From NCBI GenBank assembly GCA_017400965.1, contig JAFPRF010000004.1:1-40311 (forward strand): a stretch of 40,311 nt of DNA, given 5' to 3'. Below, in pieces: positions 35,688 through 40,311 of the stretch. Made by a program: the position numbers and the translations under genes. The stretch comes from Lachnospiraceae bacterium. Lineage in GTDB: Bacteria; Bacillota; Clostridia; Lachnospirales; Lachnospiraceae. Under the pieces are notes generated by a model. The model was not told where the DNA came from. It saw nothing but the letters and a program-made list of their open reading frames with translations, and ran no database searches. Numbering within the stretch: the first letter of the stretch is position 1; each line of letters begins with the position of its first letter.

Positions 35688-36473
35688 TTACTGAAGGTCC
35701 TTTTTCTGGTAGTGCATCACGGCTGTGCTGGCAGATATGACGATCAGGCAAGCCGCGATCACCATGCTCACCGCGGAGAGCTTTACGTCGGTGAAAATGT
35801 CCGTCGCATTACAGTAATAAAAGGGCGTTACGTACTTGAGGTCCTCGATCGCCGGGATCACGCGGCAAAGGATGTCCATGGCAAAGAAGATCATCGCCAC
35901 GCCGAGGCCCGCGCCCATGCGGTTCTTTTTCGAAAAAGCCGAGATGCAAAAGCAAATGCTCCCGATCTCCAGCATCATGAGAAGCTGCGTCCCGCCTAAG
36001 GTGAGAAGGTGCTTCGAGGAGAGCTCCTCTCCCATGATGGCGAAGCCGCCGAGGTAACAAAGCATTCCGAACACTTGAAAACAGACCAGCATGCTGACCA
36101 TGCTCAGGTACTTTTGCACCAGCATCGAAAATCTGCTCAGCGGCAGAACGCCCAAGTACTCGATCGTGTGCCCGAACTCCTCCTTGCTCAGAAGGTTACT
36201 GCCAAGGATCGCCGCGAACATGCCGCCGCCAAGGGCATGAAGCATTGCTATTTCAGTCGCGAAATACCCGCCCATGGTAGCAACGCTGAGCCTGTCCATG
36301 CCAAAGGCCTTCGACATCATGCCCATCTTTGCGAACAGATCACCCATGTCTGAAAGGGAACTCTCCACGCTGGAATACATCAAAATGCAGCCAAAGCACA
36401 TTCCAACGATCACGCCAAACCAGATGAGGAACCCTTTGAGATTTGATTTCAGTTCTTGTTTATACAGTACCAT
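35688..36473 (-). CDS. ABC-2 type exporter permease
   Basis: About six TM helices; SKEEFGHTIEYL...P.SR, KYVTPFYY, KKDL motifs. Confidence 0.88.
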   Translation of the reverse strand: MVLYKQELKSNLKGFLIWFGVIVGMCFGCILMYSSVESSLSDMGDLFAKMGMMSKAFGMDRLSVATMGGYFATEIAMLHALGGGMFAAILGSNLLSKEEFGHTIEYLGVLPLSRFSMLVQKYLSMVSMLVCFQVFGMLCYLGGFAIMGEELSSKHLLTLGGTQLLMMLEIGSICFCISAFSKKNRMGAGLGVAMIFFAMDILCRVIPAIEDLKYVTPFYYCNATDIFTDVKLSAVSMVIAACLIVISASTAVMHYQKKDLQ

Positions 36474-36474
36474 C

Positions 36475-37314
36475 CTAAACCCCTTTCTCCTCTTCGTAGA
36501 AGTGCATGAACACGTCCTCCAGCTCCGGCTCTTCGATCAAAATGTCCGATATGTCATGCCCGGTGAGGCCCTTAAGGAACTCGCCTATGTTGCCGCGGTA
36601 GATGAAGTCCTCTTCCTTCCCGTCCTTCGTCATGCGGATGTGCTTTGCGCTGGTCTTCGTTAAGTTCTCCACCGTATCCGCCTTGATCAGCTTCCCCTCG
36701 CGGATGATGGCGGCGTGCTTACAATACTTCTTGACCTCGGAAAGCACGTGGGAGGACAAAAAGCAGGTCGTCCCCTTGGCGTTGTACTCCATGACCAGAC
36801 GGAAGAACTCTGCCTGCATCAGGGGATCGAGGCCGCTGGTGGGCTCGTCAAAGACAAAGAGTTTGGGCTTGTGCTGCATCGCGCAGACAATGCTCACCTT
36901 CTTTCGATTTCCCAAGGAGAGCTCCTCCACCTTTTTATTCACGTCAAGCTGCAGGCGCTCGCAGAGCATCTCGGCCTCCTTCTTACAGTCAAGCCCGCGC
37001 ATGTCAGCCGCGTACTTAATGGCGTCCTTCACCTTCATGTCGGTGTAAAACCAAGCCTCTGAAGGCATGTAACCAACCTGACGCAGGATCTCCACCTGCT
37101 GACTTCCCGCGTCCATTCCAAGGAGTTTTATCTCGCCCTCCTGATACCGCGCCAGCCCCAGCATCGAGCGGATCGTCGTAGATTTTCCGGCACCGTTCGG
37201 CCCGAGAAACCCATAGACGTCACCCTCCTCCACCGTCATGGAGAGGTTCGTCACACCCCTGTTTTTTCCGTAATTCTTCGTCAGATTCTTTATCTCGATC
37301 GCGTTCTTTCCCAT
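36475..37314 (-). CDS. ABC exporter ATP-binding protein
   Basis: GPNGAGKST, LSLGNRKK, FDEPTSGLDP, SSHVLSEV; start ATG 37314. Confidence 0.95.
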   Translation of the reverse strand: MGKNAIEIKNLTKNYGKNRGVTNLSMTVEEGDVYGFLGPNGAGKSTTIRSMLGLARYQEGEIKLLGMDAGSQQVEILRQVGYMPSEAWFYTDMKVKDAIKYAADMRGLDCKKEAEMLCERLQLDVNKKVEELSLGNRKKVSIVCAMQHKPKLFVFDEPTSGLDPLMQAEFFRLVMEYNAKGTTCFLSSHVLSEVKKYCKHAAIIREGKLIKADTVENLTKTSAKHIRMTKDGKEEDFIYRGNIGEFLKGLTGHDISDILIEEPELEDVFMHFYEEEKGV

Positions 37315-37315
37315 C

Positions 37316-37765
37316 CTATTCCTCCCTCTTTCTGGCCTTCTTAAAGGTCTCCAGCTCCTCATTGAGCTCCGCCGTATCCCAGTGCCTGCGGATGTAATAG
37401 ATCAGGCGAAGGGAGATAAAGCAGAGGAGCACGTAGCCAAAGAATAGCACCTCTGGGAGCCACTGCCTGTCAAACCAGGAAAGCAGAAATGCCAGCCCCG
37501 CGTAGACTAATGAGCATCCGAGGGAAGCCAGTAATTCAAAGGCTCCCAAGTGATCCGACTCCTCAAAATTCTTTAAGAGGAACACCTGTACGTACCCCAT
37601 CACGTAGGTTGTCAGGATCATCTCCGCCATGACAAGCATGTCCGCCTGAAAAATCCCCTGCGTCATCTTGTACACACAATAGAAAAATAAGATCGCAAAG
37701 AAATACAAACATGCCTTAAATTCAATGCCCACCTCTGCGAGCAAAAGCTTTCGAAACCGTTTCAT
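37316..37765 (-). CDS. four-TM membrane protein, DUF3021-like LRS inhibitor
   Basis: Hydrophobic 149 aa with C-terminal LNEELETFKK, directly after a stand-alone LytTR gene. Confidence 0.7.
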   Translation of the reverse strand: MKRFRKLLLAEVGIEFKACLYFFAILFFYCVYKMTQGIFQADMLVMAEMILTTYVMGYVQVFLLKNFEESDHLGAFELLASLGCSLVYAGLAFLLSWFDRQWLPEVLFFGYVLLCFISLRLIYYIRRHWDTAELNEELETFKKARKREE

Positions 37766-37769
37766 CTTC

Positions 37770-38210
37770 TCACTCCTTTCCCGCCAGCAGCCTGCGAAGT
37801 GCTTTCGCGTAGCGCCTGGATATGATCACGTGCTCCCCACCCGTCATCTGCGCGTCAATGCGGTTCCCCGCCTCGCTTCGCAGCCTCTCGATATGGTAAA
37901 CGTTGATCACCATGGACTTACTGCAGCGAAAGAAACCTTCTCCCGCATACTCCGCTTCCGCGCCCGCCAGCGAGATCCCCGCCTGAAGCACGTCCGCCTC
38001 CGTATAGGCATAGGTCGTCCCGTCCACGCTCTCCAAATAGATCACGTCGCCTGGCCGCACCAACACGTCCTCCCCGTCCTTCTTACAAAGGAGCGCGCGA
38101 CTTCGCTTATTCAAATAGGCCAGCAGCTCTTCGATCTCCCGCGTCTTCTCCCGGTACCGAAGAACCACTTCCTCTTCCCCTTCTGCAATCCTCTCGATCC
38201 GAATCTTCAT
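37770..38210 (-). CDS. stand-alone LytTR DNA-binding regulator (no receiver domain)
   Basis: VIYLESVDG, FFRCSKSMVIN..I, GEHVIISRRYAK. Confidence 0.9.
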   Translation of the reverse strand: MKIRIERIAEGEEEVVLRYREKTREIEELLAYLNKRSRALLCKKDGEDVLVRPGDVIYLESVDGTTYAYTEADVLQAGISLAGAEAEYAGEGFFRCSKSMVINVYHIERLRSEAGNRIDAQMTGGEHVIISRRYAKALRRLLAGKE

Positions 38211-38243
38211 GTTCCCGATCGTCTCCCCACATTTGATACTTCT

Positions 38244-38313
38244 ACCTTACAAAAAAGCCCGCAAAAAAGCAACCCATCCGAAGACAGGTTGCACTTTTTA
38301 CGGGTTAAGCGGT
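38244..38313 (-). promoter_or_regulatory. LRS-type promoter: LytTR repeat pair plus -35/-10
   Basis: ACCGCTTAA(38313-38305)-12 nt-GCAACCTGT(38292-38284)-11 nt-TTGCTT-17 nt-TAAGGT. Confidence 0.55.
38263..38292 (-). terminator. rho-independent terminator after the solute-binding protein gene
   Basis: GCAACCTGTC-TTCG-GATGGGTTGC-TTTTTT (UUCG loop, two G-U pairs). Confidence 0.75.
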
Positions 38314-38326
38314 CAGACTATCTGCT

Positions 38327-40311
38327 TTATTTCTTTTGCTCCTTTAGATACAACTCAACTCTGCTTTGCAAGGTCTCGCAAGCCGCTTCTAGACTTTTGT
38401 CTTCTTGCCAGTATGCCTCCATCTCCTCGAGAAGCATCTCGTAAATTTCTCCCTGTGCCTTCGTCACAGGAACGGCTTTTGTTATGAGCTGTTTTAGATG
38501 TCCAATTTGTTCATCCGTGTAGTAGTAGGGATAAAACACCTTATCCTTTCCTATGCATACATATGGTTCATCTGTTTCATATATTTCTTCCCTAAGGTAT
38601 TTTTCCCAAACAGAGAACATCGCCATGGTGGTTCCGCCTTTTCCATAATCTTTTTCCGAATACCCCTTGATTAAGGGTTCACGGAGAGATGTGTAATATG
38701 CGATAAAGTCGAAAGCCTCTTGTTGACAATCCGATGTTCGCAGAATGGACAGCGGATCGTCCAATCTTATATATACACAGTCCTCTCCCGCGGGTCCAGG
38801 CAAGCCTTCCACGGATATGTTGGGCTCAGTTAAAGCCTCAATTCGATAGGTTGCCCTCCACCAAGGGCCTTTTGCAATCTCGCGTTCAAAGAAAAGCCTG
38901 CCAGATGCGGAGACATTCCCTTGATGCTTTTCTCGTAAACCCTTGTAAGCTTTCATCAGTTCCTTGAATGTTTCCGAAGAAAAAGAAGCTTGTGCACTTG
39001 ATTCATCATAATAAAATGGAATGTTTGCATAAAGAATATTCTCTACTGTCCCAAGTCCGACGAATTCTCCTTGTTCCATAAAGTCATCATACCAACAAAG
39101 GTAGCTGATGGCATCGCAAGTTCCATTCTCTTCTTTTTCAGCACCGTTAGATACGCGAAGGAGCATTCGAAACCTCGCCGACATGGCATACATGGCGTTC
39201 TCCTCGCCGATTCCAAGAAGTTCCTGCGCCTTGGGGATCATCCCCTCCAGTTCCTCCGGCTCCCACGCTTCAAACATGGGAAGAAGGTTAACCAAAACGC
39301 CCTTTTGCACGTAAGCCGCAATCTCCGTGTGGTCCGAGAACATGATGACGTCGGGGCGGTTGCCCTTCCCGAGATAGTCCTCAAGGCTCCCCTTAAATCG
39401 CTCCACCTGAACGAGGGATTTGTCGCTCTCCTGATTGTACTTCTTTGCGTGGAACTCCACCTGAAACTGACAGGCTTCAGGGATCGCGACGCGTACGATC
39501 CGCCTGCCGTCCGGCGCATACTTTTCCGGCTCGTCTTTTGCCTTCTCCGTCGTCTGCGCTTCGGCTGCGTCCTCCCTCAGCGTTAGCGTAAAGGTCAGGG
39601 CCCTTAAGTCCGTACTTGCCTGATCCACGGACACCAGCTTGATCTCTTTTTTGTTTCCAAATACCGCCTGGATCTGCGAGGACAGGATGCCCTGTCTTTC
39701 AAAATCCACGAGGTTTTCCTCCTGCGCCTTTCCGGCTTCAAAGTAAGCCATGTAACTTGAATATAGCGATACAAAGCCATTCTCGAACGGGAATATCCCA
39801 AAGACGCCCTCCGCGGGGTCGCGTACCACTTCAGATTCCGACTTCCCTTCGGTAAGCTTCTCCAGGCCGCGGCAAACCTTGCCGCTTGCATCGCTTTCCG
39901 TCACCGCATATACTTCGCCGTCCTTAGCTGACGTCAAAGAATAAACGGTGCCGTGAAGCTTTGTCTCGCCCGTAACGCTTCCCTTCTCATCCAGGAAGCT
40001 CGCCTTGTCGCCCACGGCGATCACGTATCCGCCGTCCTGCCTTGCAAGGAGCTTCGGGAAGCTTTCCATCTCGTTAAACGCATTATCCAAGGGGATCTCC
40101 CGAGGCGTGCTCCCCATGGAGGCATATTCCAGGATCGTCGCCGCATCTCCAATGCACAGCACGGCCAGTCCGTTCTCACCCTTCGCCGCAAAGTCTCTTA
40201 CGTACCCGTCCTTTACATTACAGTATGACCCAACGTTCCCGTCGTCATAGGGCTGAAAGAAAAAGCGATATTCCTTTTCACCCTGCGCGTTCGCGCCGAA
40301 CACGTAATAGA
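38327..40311 (-). CDS. large extracellular solute-binding protein with N-terminal beta-rich region (5' end outside window)
   Basis: Frame is open past 40303 to the window edge; SBP-like KKYNQES...GNRPDVI...KGVLVNLLP...QQEAFDFI...EEMEAYW...LQSRVELYLKE. Confidence 0.72.
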   Translation of the reverse strand, partial: YYVFGANAQGEKEYRFFFQPYDDGNVGSYCNVKDGYVRDFAAKGENGLAVLCIGDAATILEYASMGSTPREIPLDNAFNEMESFPKLLARQDGGYVIAVGDKASFLDEKGSVTGETKLHGTVYSLTSAKDGEVYAVTESDASGKVCRGLEKLTEGKSESEVVRDPAEGVFGIFPFENGFVSLYSSYMAYFEAGKAQEENLVDFERQGILSSQIQAVFGNKKEIKLVSVDQASTDLRALTFTLTLREDAAEAQTTEKAKDEPEKYAPDGRRIVRVAIPEACQFQVEFHAKKYNQESDKSLVQVERFKGSLEDYLGKGNRPDVIMFSDHTEIAAYVQKGVLVNLLPMFEAWEPEELEGMIPKAQELLGIGEENAMYAMSARFRMLLRVSNGAEKEENGTCDAISYLCWYDDFMEQGEFVGLGTVENILYANIPFYYDESSAQASFSSETFKELMKAYKGLREKHQGNVSASGRLFFEREIAKGPWWRATYRIEALTEPNISVEGLPGPAGEDCVYIRLDDPLSILRTSDCQQEAFDFIAYYTSLREPLIKGYSEKDYGKGGTTMAMFSVWEKYLREEIYETDEPYVCIGKDKVFYPYYYTDEQIGHLKQLITKAVPVTKAQGEIYEMLLEEMEAYWQEDKSLEAACETLQSRVELYLKEQKK

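Noticed and set aside
1-40311. CRISPR array, tRNA/rRNA, prophage, integrase, transposase or defence genes
   Set aside because: No regularly spaced repeats, RNA gene signatures or such protein motifs seen; intergenic gaps are all short and mostly explained by promoters and terminators.

Overview
Chromosomal window of about 54% GC (estimated by eye). Gene families point to a monoderm Bacillota, probably Lachnospiraceae-like (inference). Nearly all genes are on the minus strand; only a CE2-type esterase is on plus. Left to right: partial VanW-family gene and a 33-aa membrane peptide; galK; GH43; a large GGDEF*-EAL-PAS-GGDEF* protein; aldo/keto reductase; RluA-type synthase; GAF-GGDEF cyclase; RsmF-type methyltransferase; ACT protein; OmpR-family two-component pair; SGNH/CE2 esterase; a 10-gene Tad/Flp (type IVc) pilus locus (16932-26035); glgB; a TPR-acidic linker-degenerate AAA+ protein; rsmA; HAD phosphatase; DHHW/MBOAT pair; a LytTR regulatory system with ABC exporter; and a partial large solute-binding protein. 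No rRNA, tRNA, CRISPR array or mobile element was seen. The strongest unexplained signal is inside the Tad locus: a 32-bp long-range inverted repeat (19839-19870 / 20010-20041). It begins at the base after the upstream stop codon, covers the RBS and AUG of a minor pilin gene, and its four mismatches are all G-U pairs in the mRNA. It encloses an A/C-rich 139-nt loop holding a second perfect anti-SD, making it a candidate RNA translational switch or, less likely, an intragenic invertible element. Also notable: a TadB-TadC fusion, a pilin with two Zn-finger-like repeats, an MBOAT lacking its catalytic His, and a terminator overlapping a LytTR promoter. Family names come from motif recognition, not database searches.
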